Below are positions 46,130 to 55,666 of a stretch of DNA of 64,000 nt, piece by piece. The stretch is from an uncultured Candidatus Bathyarchaeia archaeon (GTDB lineage Archaea; Thermoproteota; Bathyarchaeia; Bathyarchaeales; Bathyarchaeaceae). The stretch is taken from NCBI GenBank assembly GCA_964556565.1, contig CAZKWF010000002.1, positions 41,499 to 105,498 on the forward strand, in the 5' to 3' direction. Made by a program: the position numbers and the translations under genes. Under the pieces are notes generated by a model. That model saw only the letters and a list, made by a program, of their open reading frames with translations, searched no databases and was not told the origin of the DNA. Position 1 is the first letter of the stretch, and each line of letters opens with the position of its first letter.

Positions 46130-46804
46130 TCAATGTTTCCCCCTACTTTTCAAAAAATCTAGAACAAATGTTAAAACATCCTTTGACACTTCAGCCCTCG
46201 GGCGGTCTCCATCAATAGCGATCAAGGTTCCATTCTTTACCAGTCTCATGTAAACCTCTCGAACTTTACGCTGAATCTTCAGTCTCTCCATCACTGATCT
46301 CCTTCCCCGCAACCTCCTCACCACAACCTCAGCTGGAACATCGAGGTAGATCGCAAGATCCGGAGGAAGAGCCAATTCGTTGATCCCCTCAATCCACTTT
46401 ATGTCCAACCCCGCCGCTCCTTGGTAAGCCAGAGACGAATACACATACCTGTCAGAAACCACGATTTTACCTTCTTGCAGCGCAGGCTTAATCTCCTTTT
46501 CCACATGGTCGACTCGGTCAACCGCGAAAAGAAGAGCCTCCACCACGCTTGGCACACGTTTTCTCCTCTGAAGAACATATGTTCTTATGAACTTTCCAAT
46601 CTCTCCTGCACTCGGTTCCGTGGTGTATATGGCGTCGAAACCTCTCTTTTGCAGATCTCGCACAAGCCGACGCGCATGCGTGGTCTTTCCGCTGGCATCC
46701 AGCCCCTCGATACAGATGAACAGCCCTCTTTCCTTCACATGGCAGCCCGCCTTTTCACACAAAATGTTTCCTACAGAGTTTCCATTACTCATTATATGCA
46801 TCAA
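46130..46804 (-). CDS. tmk: thymidylate kinase
   Basis: P-loop FICIEGLDASGKTT, TEPS, and DRYVYSSLAYQ. The true start is possibly GTG 46738 (MKERGLFICIEG). Confidence 0.85.
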   Translation of the reverse strand: MMHIMSNGNSVGNILCEKAGCHVKERGLFICIEGLDASGKTTHARRLVRDLQKRGFDAIYTTEPSAGEIGKFIRTYVLQRRKRVPSVVEALLFAVDRVDHVEKEIKPALQEGKIVVSDRYVYSSLAYQGAAGLDIKWIEGINELALPPDLAIYLDVPAEVVVRRLRGRRSVMERLKIQRKVREVYMRLVKNGTLIAIDGDRPRAEVSKDVLTFVLDFLKSRGKH

Positions 46805-46852
46805 TCACTTTATTAATATGCCAAGGTTAGCAGAGCTTGAGGAGAACTTGCA

Positions 46853-48130
46853 ATGCGGCGATACTGGGGCGAAATCAAAGACCCTGTTTACGGATACGTT
46901 TACATCACCGAAGCAGAGAAAGAAATCATTGACTCTTTTCCAGTGCAGAGGCTTCGTCGACTACGGCAACTTGCGGGAACGGAGTTTGTCTACCCTGGCG
47001 CCAACCACACCCGATTCGAACACTCCGTCGGTGTCATGCACCTAGCTGGTCTTTTGTCAGAAAATCCGAATCTCTCACAAGTACTATCTGAAGACGAAGT
47101 TCAAATCGTCCGAATAGCTGCTTTGCTACACGACGTTGGACATGGCCCGTTCTCACACGTATTTGAGCACATACTAACAAAATTTCTCAACAAAACGCAT
47201 GAACATATGACTACATGGATCATCCAGAAGTCAGAGCTAAGAGACGTAATTAACAAACTTGGATATAGCGGTAACATGATTGGAAAACTCGCAGTGGGGT
47301 TGCTACATAAGCCTCGCAGAGCATATATGGATCAGATCATCCGAAGTTCTGTTGATGTGGACAAACTCGACTTCGTCGTTCGAGATACCTATCACACAGG
47401 TGCTCAATACGGATACGTGGATATCTTCCGACTCATCCATATGCTTGATATACTCGATGAAAACCTTGCAATCGATCTGGGAGCCCTTTCAGCCCTTGAA
47501 TCCTTCATTCTAGCCCGAATTGAATCCTTTAGAAGCATATACTTTCATAGAGTCGGGCGAGCAGTACAGATAATGCTTGCCATGGCCATGGAGGAGACAA
47601 AAGACGAGTTAGGCTTGACAGACTTTAAATCACCTGAGCAATATCTAGCACTCAACGACTACACTATGTGGACTATGCTGAAAGAATGCGAGAAATCAAA
47701 GGAAATTATAGAAAACTTGGAAAGGCGTAGGCTGTTGAAGTGTGTTTATGACCAAACTTTCTATATGAAAGATAAAACGGTATCCAGCATCTTCAGCGTT
47801 GAGGAAATTCGAAATCAAATAAGAGACCAAATTGCTTCAGAAGCAGAAGTGGAACCACGATCAGTTGTCATCGACGTGCCCACGCTTCCAACCGTTCCGT
47901 ATCGACACTCAGTCTTACTGGAGCCTATGGAAATCCCCGTGTTTCACAAAACACGCGACGGCCAGAAGATTCCTCAGCGGCTGAGCGAAATCTCTGGAAT
48001 ATTTGATGTGCTCAGGGGCTTCATAAATATTCTACGAGTCTATACTGACGAAAAGCATCGCGAACAGGTGGGGTCGGCAGCGGCAAAACTTCTTGGCAGA
48101 ACTCCTTCTTCGGCGAAGATTTCCTACTAG
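46853..48130 (+). CDS. HD-domain phosphohydrolase (SAMHD1/dNTPase-like, COG1078-type)
   Basis: RFEHSVGVMHLAG and LLHDVGHGPFSH are HD motifs. DKLDFVVRD. Confidence 0.8.
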   Translation: MRRYWGEIKDPVYGYVYITEAEKEIIDSFPVQRLRRLRQLAGTEFVYPGANHTRFEHSVGVMHLAGLLSENPNLSQVLSEDEVQIVRIAALLHDVGHGPFSHVFEHILTKFLNKTHEHMTTWIIQKSELRDVINKLGYSGNMIGKLAVGLLHKPRRAYMDQIIRSSVDVDKLDFVVRDTYHTGAQYGYVDIFRLIHMLDILDENLAIDLGALSALESFILARIESFRSIYFHRVGRAVQIMLAMAMEETKDELGLTDFKSPEQYLALNDYTMWTMLKECEKSKEIIENLERRRLLKCVYDQTFYMKDKTVSSIFSVEEIRNQIRDQIASEAEVEPRSVVIDVPTLPTVPYRHSVLLEPMEIPVFHKTRDGQKIPQRLSEISGIFDVLRGFINILRVYTDEKHREQVGSAAAKLLGRTPSSAKISY

Positions 48131-48261
48131 GATGTTATAGGAAGTTTTTATGCAGTCAAACGCCTTCATAATAGAGGAGACCTAGAAAAGAGGTGACACT
48201 TGGGCTCTTATGTGAACCATTTCTCGTCCTTTTTTCATTTCATCGAGAAAACTTCGCAGAC

Positions 48262-48636
48262 TCATGCCTCAGCCTCGCCGCCCCTAAGAGTCTTTTCAAC
48301 CAGTTTTAAAAGGACGGGCCCAGCTTCCCACTCGTCAACTGTCTTAATGAATACAGATACTAACGCGATTTTGTTCATTTTCGCAGCAAGTCTCTCGGCG
48401 AGAACACGAGTAATTGTCACGTTTCTATCTCCAAGCAGAATGGACGACAAGGGAGGTCCCACCGTTTTCGACGCCTGGGGTATGGCCACCGCCAGTGTGC
48501 CTAATCGATCTTCTCCCTCGCTTAAAAGAATTAAGCTCGCGTTCTTTGTCCCTAGATAAAGGGCAAAGAATAGCGTATCTTTTCCCTTGATTTTTTCCCT
48601 AACAATTTTTGCACGTGGCATATGCAACCCTGCCAT
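48262..48636 (-). CDS. hypothetical protein
   Basis: 124-aa ORF. No family recognised with confidence. Confidence 0.45.
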   Translation of the reverse strand: MAGLHMPRAKIVREKIKGKDTLFFALYLGTKNASLILLSEGEDRLGTLAVAIPQASKTVGPPLSSILLGDRNVTITRVLAERLAAKMNKIALVSVFIKTVDEWEAGPVLLKLVEKTLRGGEAEA

Positions 48637-48700
48637 GTTTATTTATAGCGTTCCTCACTCACTATTTATGTTTTCAAACGAACCGGAAGAAGTCAGCGCA

Positions 48701-49363
48701 ATGGCGAAAAACAGAGCAAAAGATATGTTGCGAATACTTCGAAACAATTTCACTCTTCCGTCATGGCCCAGAGCAAGCAGACACCCTTTTCAAACGTTAA
48801 TTAGAACGGTGCTTTCTCAAGCAACCGCTGACAAAAATACACATAGAGCGTTCAGAAATCTCTCAACAAGGTTTCCCATCACTCCGAAAGCTTTGGCGAA
48901 GGCAGACGTCAGAGAGATCGAGAAAGCCATAATGGTCGCGGGGTTGTATAAGAACAAATCTAAAGTCATAAAAAATCTTTCCCGCATAATTCTTGAAGAC
49001 TTTAACGGCTCCATGGATTTTATCTATTCTATGCCATTTGAAGAGGCACGAAAAATACTTATACACATTCCTGGAGTAGGACCGAAAACCGCTGATGTTG
49101 TCCTCCTCTTTTGCGCCGATAAGCCAACCATCCCCGTAGATACTCACGTGAACCGGGTTTCAAAAAGACTAGGGTTAGTTCCGCCAAACGCTAGCTACGA
49201 GACGACACGACAAGCTCTTCAATCTCTTTACACACCTAAAGACTATCTTCCAGTTCATCTATTGCTCATTTCACTTGGACGAAAATATTGCAGAGCGAGA
49301 AAACCGTTGTGTAACCCCTGTCCTCTCAACGAACTCTGTCCGACCAAACAGATGGAAAATTAA
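48701..49363 (+). CDS. nth: endonuclease III (HhH-GPD DNA glycosylase with FeS cluster loop)
   Basis: Start at ATG 48701. HhH IPGVGPKTADVVLLF, VDTHVNRV, and C-terminal CX6CX2CX5C. Confidence 0.85.
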   Translation: MAKNRAKDMLRILRNNFTLPSWPRASRHPFQTLIRTVLSQATADKNTHRAFRNLSTRFPITPKALAKADVREIEKAIMVAGLYKNKSKVIKNLSRIILEDFNGSMDFIYSMPFEEARKILIHIPGVGPKTADVVLLFCADKPTIPVDTHVNRVSKRLGLVPPNASYETTRQALQSLYTPKDYLPVHLLLISLGRKYCRARKPLCNPCPLNELCPTKQMEN

Positions 49364-49375
49364 GACAAGCTGTCG

Positions 49376-50653
49376 TCAATTTGCAGAAATTGAGCCCAAG
49401 CCGATTTCTCTTCCGTTTTTGCTCAATTTTATTTGACCAACACAAATAGTTGACACGTTCTCGCTTACTGGAGTGTAAACTTTCATTACCCGCTTTCTAT
49501 AGTGCACCTCAAGCAAGACACCAATTCCCAGAAAACTGCCCAACTCATCTTGTAATCCAACAAGCAAGCCTTCCTCATTGCCTTCCGTTATCACTACTGC
49601 TTTCCTCTCTAAACTTTCCTCAATCTTCCTTATCTGTTCTTCATCAATCCATTGAGTTTTCCTCAAAACGATGAAAATGTTAGTAGGCGTTTCTTCACAG
49701 TAAATAGGACTTATCCCCAAGCATTCCTCTATTTGTTTCATATGCTCCGCAGTTGGAGGAGCACCGACCCCTAACGGAACTCTTTCAACTCTAATCCAGT
49801 TCATGAAAAACGACTGCACCTTAGCCTTTTTCAAATATTTCTTGTAACTTAGCTCACGGAGGATTTTTCTTTTCTCTCTATTTCTTTTGTGTATCACGGA
49901 CGGGCAGTCTATCGCCAGAACCTTCGTCTTCTTCAACGCGGTTAATATAGGCACCAACTCATCGTCACCCTGTATTCCTACAACTATGTTAGGAGCAACT
50001 TTTTCCGTCAACAGAACTTTGTATCTGGCGGCGTCTTCATCGGCAACCCATCCGTCCGTGTTTATGACAAGAAAATCTACATTTACATCTAAGGCCCTAT
50101 CTTTTAACGTAATTAACCCTTCCACAACTCTGTTTATTGCCCTACTCGGGCTTGTCAGTCCCACAAAATACGCGTTTTCTGCGTTTATTTCAAAAAGGTC
50201 CTTTATCGGTGTCTTAACGTGACTAAATCCGATGGTGGAAGGAGGCCCTACATCAGACTGCCCCAAATCAGCGTCAATAACGGCTGCTTTCCATTTCTTT
50301 TCCAAAGCTTGGTTTATAAGATAGGTACAGAAACTCGTTTTGCCCGAGTCAACGCCGCCAATCACCATGACTGCCGACGGCTTTCCGCATAATGTTATCT
50401 CGTTTAAGGCTTTTTCCCAAGAGGAAGGAATGGTGCTTTCGTCGACTTCTTCAAAAGAAGCACTCTCACCCAACATCAAATCAAAAACCGCCTTTTTCCT
50501 AGCCTCAAAGGGCACACGTTTTCCCTCTCGCACCACGACTTTTTCTCCCGTTCTAACAGTTGCGCCCAAAACCTCAACCTTTCCAGCGAGAAGGATTACA
50601 GACGCTGGACCGTCGACAACTAGGGTTTTCCCCTTTTTAACCGTGCATTTCAC
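49376..50653 (-). CDS. Clp1/Grc3-family polynucleotide 5'-hydroxyl kinase
   Basis: P-loop GGVDSGKTSFCTYL followed by DADLGQSDVGPPSTIG, the Clp1 signature. Confidence 0.75.
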   Translation of the reverse strand: MKCTVKKGKTLVVDGPASVILLAGKVEVLGATVRTGEKVVVREGKRVPFEARKKAVFDLMLGESASFEEVDESTIPSSWEKALNEITLCGKPSAVMVIGGVDSGKTSFCTYLINQALEKKWKAAVIDADLGQSDVGPPSTIGFSHVKTPIKDLFEINAENAYFVGLTSPSRAINRVVEGLITLKDRALDVNVDFLVINTDGWVADEDAARYKVLLTEKVAPNIVVGIQGDDELVPILTALKKTKVLAIDCPSVIHKRNREKRKILRELSYKKYLKKAKVQSFFMNWIRVERVPLGVGAPPTAEHMKQIEECLGISPIYCEETPTNIFIVLRKTQWIDEEQIRKIEESLERKAVVITEGNEEGLLVGLQDELGSFLGIGVLLEVHYRKRVMKVYTPVSENVSTICVGQIKLSKNGREIGLGSISAN

Positions 50654-51294
50654 TGCGTTATCTTCCTCCTAGACAAGATTCGACCGTTTCTCTCTGCAAT
50701 TTTTATGGCAGACATCATGTCTCTAGAACCCCTTCGATGGGTGGTTTCCCTCATGAAATGGCTTGTTCCTGCTTCGCTCACTATTTCTACGGCAACTCTC
50801 TTCGGTAAAGATATGTCTAATAAACGTATCAGTTTTTCAGCATAGATGGGCGCGCCGTTTCCTATTTTCACGACGTTAACCGTAGCTGGTGTTCTGTCCA
50901 AAGACTCTAAAACCGTGTTTACTGTTTCTTCCAAACTTGAACATGCGGTGGTTTCAAGGACCTTCCCGTCAGCTGTAATTGCTACGCCAAAGGTTTTGCC
51001 AGGGTCTATCCCAATAATTACTCTGTCATAGTCTAGCTTTCCTTGAGCCACTCGAATTGCTTCATCGACAATAGTTGTGGGGGCCATTTCATTTTCGAAA
51101 ATAAGAATGTTTGGATGCTTGACTAAGTGTTGTTCCTCCTTGGTTGTGATTACAACTTTAATGTTTAAGGAAACATGGTCTCTGGGGATTAGACTTAGGA
51201 AGGGTATCTTTCTTTGTTTAAGTTCTTTTACTAACTTGTAGTATGCTTTACCAGATACAGTTGCAAGCGCTATCTTCACTTTATTCGCTTTCAT
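50650..51294 (-). CDS. RNase H-fold protein (YqgF/RuvC-like putative nuclease) with N-terminal extension
   Basis: IIGIDPGKTFGVAITADGKVLET resembles the first strand-turn-strand of YqgF/RuvC-type nucleases. Overlaps the clp1-like start by 4 nt. Confidence 0.5.
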   Translation of the reverse strand: MKANKVKIALATVSGKAYYKLVKELKQRKIPFLSLIPRDHVSLNIKVVITTKEEQHLVKHPNILIFENEMAPTTIVDEAIRVAQGKLDYDRVIIGIDPGKTFGVAITADGKVLETTACSSLEETVNTVLESLDRTPATVNVVKIGNGAPIYAEKLIRLLDISLPKRVAVEIVSEAGTSHFMRETTHRRGSRDMMSAIKIAERNGRILSRRKITQ

Positions 51295-51356
51295 TAGGTC
51301 CCCTTTACGTTAATGAAGACAAAATTATTAACTTAAGGGTTATTATTCGCTTTGAC

Positions 51357-52058
51357 GTGGAGCTCTTGCAAGGCGTGATTCCGACTGGTTGTAGTTCGCT
51401 TGATAAACTGTTAGAGGGAGGGCTCCCCCTTAAGAAAATCGCTCTTGTTTACGGAGAGGCTGAAACGGGTAAAAGTTCTTTCGCCATTCAATGCGCCGTT
51501 AACTGTGCCAGAATAGGGTACAAGACAGTCTTTATAGACTCAGATGGCACGTTTTCTACAAGACGATTGTCTCAAATAGCCCATTATGATTCTGAAAAGG
51601 TCTCCCCCTTGATAATCTTAGTGAGGCCAACTACCTTTCAAGAACAAGCCCTTGCAATAGATCACCTTGACGAGTACATAACCAGAAAAGTCGGATTAGT
51701 AGTCGTTGACACCATCACATCGTTATACCGCGTCGAGATAGGAGGCAAAAAAGAAACGTTTGCATTAAATCGAGAATTGAACAGACAAATTGCGTGCCTA
51801 GCTCAAGCTGCAATAGCCCATGAAATAGCAGTTCTTATCACCAGCCAGGTTCGAAGCGTCTTTTTTGAAGACTCGATTAGAATGGAGCCTGTGGCTACAC
51901 GGGTTCTAAAGTTCTGGTCGGAGGTAGTGCTTGATTTCATACATACCGATCAAACATGCATGATAAAAGTCCGTCTAGAAAAAAATCCAAAATATAAACG
52001 GGCCGCCACATGTCATTTGGTTATAAAAGGAACGGGCATTAGCGATTATGACCGTTAA
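51357..52058 (+). CDS. radB: RadB (RecA/RadA paralog)
   Basis: Probable GTG start at 51357. IPTGCSSLDKLLEGGL, Walker A GEAETGKS, and Walker B VVVDT. Confidence 0.75.
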   Translation: MELLQGVIPTGCSSLDKLLEGGLPLKKIALVYGEAETGKSSFAIQCAVNCARIGYKTVFIDSDGTFSTRRLSQIAHYDSEKVSPLIILVRPTTFQEQALAIDHLDEYITRKVGLVVVDTITSLYRVEIGGKKETFALNRELNRQIACLAQAAIAHEIAVLITSQVRSVFFEDSIRMEPVATRVLKFWSEVVLDFIHTDQTCMIKVRLEKNPKYKRAATCHLVIKGTGISDYDR

Positions 52059-52641
52059 CCTTTTTTCTTTCCTGAATCAAATGAACTGGAGATGGGGCAT
52101 GCCAATAACTATAATCATTGACATCATTAATGCCTTGTACTTCATATTTCCAGCTTACTGCGCCAATGCGGCACCCGTGATTTTTGGAGGGGGGGCGTCC
52201 ATCGATTCTGGTAAGAAATTCTTAGACGGAAAACCGATACTGGGCTCGCATAAAACCTTTCGAGGATTTTTTGTTGGATTGGCTCTTGGAACTTTTGTGG
52301 GTTTCGTTCAGTACGTCTTCCTTCAATCTAACAATTTTCTCAAAGAGACACTTCAATTTCAGTTCAGCATATCGCTTGGATTCATGCTCTCGCTTGGAGC
52401 TTTGGTTGGTGATTTGATCGAATCTTTCTTCAAACGACGACTGGGGCTTCGTCCTGGGGCCTCACTTCCCATAGCTGACCAGCTTGACTTTGCAGTAGTG
52501 GCACTCCTTTTTTCTCTGCCAGTTTCGCCGCCTCCTTTGGCTATTGCCCTGATAATTATCGTGATAACGCCTCCTATTCACCTTTTGACTAATTTCTTAG
52601 GAAGTTTTCTACGAAAAAAGAAGGCTCTTCCGTTCAGTTAG
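52048..52641 (+). CDS. carS: CDP-archaeol synthase
   Basis: FIFPAYCANAAPVIFGGG and LGSHKTFRGFFVG are CarS (DUF46) motifs. Multi-TM. Confidence 0.8.
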   Translation: MTVNLFSFLNQMNWRWGMPITIIIDIINALYFIFPAYCANAAPVIFGGGASIDSGKKFLDGKPILGSHKTFRGFFVGLALGTFVGFVQYVFLQSNNFLKETLQFQFSISLGFMLSLGALVGDLIESFFKRRLGLRPGASLPIADQLDFAVVALLFSLPVSPPPLAIALIIIVITPPIHLLTNFLGSFLRKKKALPFS

Positions 52642-52668
52642 TGTGCATCAGTAGGTTCCGAAGGTTCT

Positions 52669-53103
52669 TTATCCCCCGCGAAATCTACCCATGAAAACGT
52701 ATTCAACACATATGTACGCAGCAAAAATGAGAAGAGAACCCGTTAACAGTAGAATAAATGCTTGGCGGGGCCTATAGGCGTATTTTGTGCTTTGATACGT
52801 CAAGAGGAGACCTATGGCTCCGAGAGCGTAAAATATCATAATAAACACGCTTTCAAGCACAAATTGCTCATTCAGAGAATAGGGATAGTAAAAAAGAAAT
52901 CTTTCACCAGTCCACCACAACACTAGGGGGCCTTCTAAGAGATTATAGACTCCACCGGCCAGCAGAAAAATGGAAGCGGCGAGTACTATAGCTGTGATAA
53001 CGAGGACTGATGGTCTAGCAGTTACTATTTTCCAATAGGTTTTTTGCATAAAATAACCGAGAGAAGAAAAACTCCTTTTAATTCGGCTTGTCATTGTTCT
53101 CAT
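52669..53103 (-). CDS. hypothetical membrane protein (about 4 TM)
   Basis: 144-aa hydrophobic ORF. No family recognised. Confidence 0.45.
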   Translation of the reverse strand: MRTMTSRIKRSFSSLGYFMQKTYWKIVTARPSVLVITAIVLAASIFLLAGGVYNLLEGPLVLWWTGERFLFYYPYSLNEQFVLESVFIMIFYALGAIGLLLTYQSTKYAYRPRQAFILLLTGSLLIFAAYICVEYVFMGRFRGG

Positions 53104-53309
53104 TCTCCTTTTTTCATCAAGTGCGCGGCTAATTCTTTTGCAGATGAGCCTGTATACGGATTCTTAGCTATCTCATTTAAATATTCCTTCCATGAAATGT
53201 TCAGCGCTTTGTTCCAGACATCGTACTTCTTCACGATGTTTTTGTTTACTTTCTCATGTAATTCGCAGTATTCATTTATCGCTTCTCTGTTGCAGATTTT
53301 GCATTTCAA
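53100..53309 (-). CDS. small hypothetical protein with N-terminal CxxC...C..H
   Basis: 69 aa (MKCKICNREAINEYCELHEK...). 4-nt overlap with the downstream membrane gene. Its start overlaps the topA 3' end. Confidence 0.4.
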   Translation of the reverse strand: MKCKICNREAINEYCELHEKVNKNIVKKYDVWNKALNISWKEYLNEIAKNPYTGSSAKELAAHLMKKGE

Positions 53310-55389
53310 CGCGTTTCCTCCTTTCTTCCTTTAATGGACATTCAGGGTTGAAGCACAGTCTCCACGGTCTTCTACCTCGCATTCGTATCTGCACTAGTGA
53401 CCACCCACAGGATTTACAATTTTTCCCTAATGGTTTCGCGGTTCCTCGTTGGGGAAGGGGGAACGAGGTTTTACAGAGGCCTTTGAAATAGTTGGTGCAG
53501 CCGATGAAGCGTTTTCTCGTTTTTCGTGAGTACAAAATCATCAATTGACCTGTGCCGCAGTTCGGACAATTGCCTATGATCCGTTCTTGCATTCGTGCTC
53601 TTTTAATAGCATTACTTAACGTTTGACCTATTGTTCCCTCTTTTTGCTTAAACTCCTCCAGCAATGGTTTTAACTGATTAACAGCATCTATGAGTATGTT
53701 TTCCCTCTTATCGCTACCACTTTGAACTTGTTCCATTTTTTCCTCAAGTCCTCGAGTGAACTCTACCGAAATTACTTCGGGGCAATGTTTTTGAAGAGTT
53801 TCGAAAACGTCAATTCCCAAGTCAGTAACTACAATCCGCTCGTCTGTAACGTATCTCCTGCTGTAAAGGGTCTCGATGATGTCCGCTCTTGTGGCCTTAG
53901 TCCCGATTCCTTCTTCTTCCATTTTCTTAAGCAGGCTACTTGGATTGTAACGTGGTGGAGGTTTCGTAAATTTATCCTCTCGTGTTACCTGCTTTAATTG
54001 TATCTTTTCTCCCTCCTTTAGAGGAGGCAGCAGCGCTTCTTCGGTGCGTATATATGGTTTGTAGAAATGCATCCAACCTTCTTTCAGGGTTCGTCTTCCA
54101 TGTAAGTAAAAGCGATGATTCTTTGCTTTTATACAAACTCTCATATTTTGCTTGATTCCTGGTTCGCCGAAAACAGCCATAAAGCGTCTAACAATCAGGT
54201 CCCAAACTTTTTTTTCAGGTTCGCCCAATGCTCTTGTAGGCAAGTTGCCAGTTGGATACACTGCTGGGTGTGCAGGGTCTTCTTTTGTTCCTTCTCTCGG
54301 TTTCAGCTTCTCTTTTTCAAGAAGTTCTGATGCTAGTTTTCTGTAGGCTGGTTTTTTACTTAATGCCTTGAGTATCGCTCTGTAATTGATTCTTGGGGGT
54401 AGTTTCTGACTGCTTGTTCTTGGGTAAGAAATTAAGGCGCCGAGGTATAGGCGTTCAGCGATGCCTGCAGTTCGTCTCGGTGTGTATCTGAATAGGCTGT
54501 ATGCCTCGGTTTGCAGCTTGCCTAAATCGAAGGGGATAGGGGGCGTTTGGCGAAAATTTTTTACATTAATCTTTTCTATTTCACTGATTTTTCCTCTGCA
54601 CTCCTCTACAATGGTGTCTGCTTCTACCTTTTTCGCAATCTCCTTTCGCTCATACTCCGCTTCGTATCTAGAGCCTTTTATTTCAACCATTGCTTTTATG
54701 CCCCAGTAAGGGGTGGGCACGAAACAACGAATTGCCCTTTCTCTTCCAACCAAAAATCTGAGAGTAGGGCCTTGAACCCTTCCTGTACTCAGTGTGGCAT
54801 ATCTTCCGCTCCAACGTTTGGCCGCCAAGGTTAGTGCACGCGAGAGATTTATGCCATATAACCAGTCTACTTCGTGCCTAGTCTTTCCAGACTCTATGAG
54901 AGCGAAGTCAAGCTGGGGTAGCGACTCTTCATAGGATTTTTCTAACTCGATTTTCATCAGTGTAGAAAACTTCATCCTTTTCGCGGTGGCTTCTTTGTTT
55001 CCACATGCATATTTCAGTATGCAGTAGCCGATGAGGCTTCCTTCAAGGTCGTAATCGCAAGCTCCTATAAATTGATCAGCGTCTCGGGCGAGTTTTGAAA
55101 AAACTTCGATCCATGCGCGAATTTGTTTTGCTCCCTTCTCTGCAACATATCGTGGGGCCCATTTGAAGTTGAAGATTGGATAATAGTTTCTTTTTCCTTG
55201 TGTTTGGACAATCGTGTATAGGTGTCCAAGAGCTGGAACTACAACAAGTTTCTTTTCTCCCCGATGAGCTATAAAATAGGGTACGCCTTTTTCTTCAATT
55301 TTTTTAAGTTTCTCTTTATGGTCTAGTGCTTCTGCTACTCGTTGAGCAGCATTTGGCTTTTCGGTGATGATTAAAGTGTATTTCTCCAT
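53272..55389 (-). CDS. topA: type IA DNA topoisomerase (topoisomerase I/III) with C-terminal zinc ribbons
   Basis: Toprim N-terminus LIITEKPNAA. Active-site context ISYPRTSS. C-terminal CPNCG...C and CKSCG modules. Confidence 0.9.
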   Translation of the reverse strand: MEKYTLIITEKPNAAQRVAEALDHKEKLKKIEEKGVPYFIAHRGEKKLVVVPALGHLYTIVQTQGKRNYYPIFNFKWAPRYVAEKGAKQIRAWIEVFSKLARDADQFIGACDYDLEGSLIGYCILKYACGNKEATAKRMKFSTLMKIELEKSYEESLPQLDFALIESGKTRHEVDWLYGINLSRALTLAAKRWSGRYATLSTGRVQGPTLRFLVGRERAIRCFVPTPYWGIKAMVEIKGSRYEAEYERKEIAKKVEADTIVEECRGKISEIEKINVKNFRQTPPIPFDLGKLQTEAYSLFRYTPRRTAGIAERLYLGALISYPRTSSQKLPPRINYRAILKALSKKPAYRKLASELLEKEKLKPREGTKEDPAHPAVYPTGNLPTRALGEPEKKVWDLIVRRFMAVFGEPGIKQNMRVCIKAKNHRFYLHGRRTLKEGWMHFYKPYIRTEEALLPPLKEGEKIQLKQVTREDKFTKPPPRYNPSSLLKKMEEEGIGTKATRADIIETLYSRRYVTDERIVVTDLGIDVFETLQKHCPEVISVEFTRGLEEKMEQVQSGSDKRENILIDAVNQLKPLLEEFKQKEGTIGQTLSNAIKRARMQERIIGNCPNCGTGQLMILYSRKTRKRFIGCTNYFKGLCKTSFPLPQRGTAKPLGKNCKSCGWSLVQIRMRGRRPWRLCFNPECPLKEERRKRVEMQNLQQRSDK

Positions 55390-55477
55390 TTAGTCCTTTC
55401 CTTTTTTCAAGCATATGCAGAAGTTATAAATAGTTTGCGACGTTTGTTTTTCTGCGTTTGACAACGGTTGTGATGCC

Positions 55478-55642
55478 ATGCCTCAACGTGCGATTTGTCA
55501 GAATTGTGGCGCTCTTCTTTATGAAGGCGTAGACTTGAAGCCTCCTGACGAAATCATTCAACAGTACGATGGCAAGTGCCCGAAATGTGGCAAAAAGTTA
55601 TCTTCTATCCCGAAAGATGTGGAAGTTAACCCCATTAAGTAA
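55478..55642 (+). CDS. small zinc-ribbon protein (54 aa)
   Basis: Not in the ORF track. Translation: MPQRAICQNCGALLYEGVDLKPPDEIIQQYDGKCPKCGKKLSSIPKDVEVNPIK. It has two CxxC pairs. Confidence 0.45.
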   Translation: MPQRAICQNCGALLYEGVDLKPPDEIIQQYDGKCPKCGKKLSSIPKDVEVNPIK

Positions 55643-55666
55643 CTGACGTGTAAATATCATTTCGCC

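Noticed and set aside
46853-48130. The HD-domain SAMHD1-like protein as a dNTP-depleting antiviral defence gene.
   Set aside because: This HD phosphohydrolase family is broadly conserved as a housekeeping gene in archaea. Here it sits beside tmk in a core context, with no defence-island neighbours.
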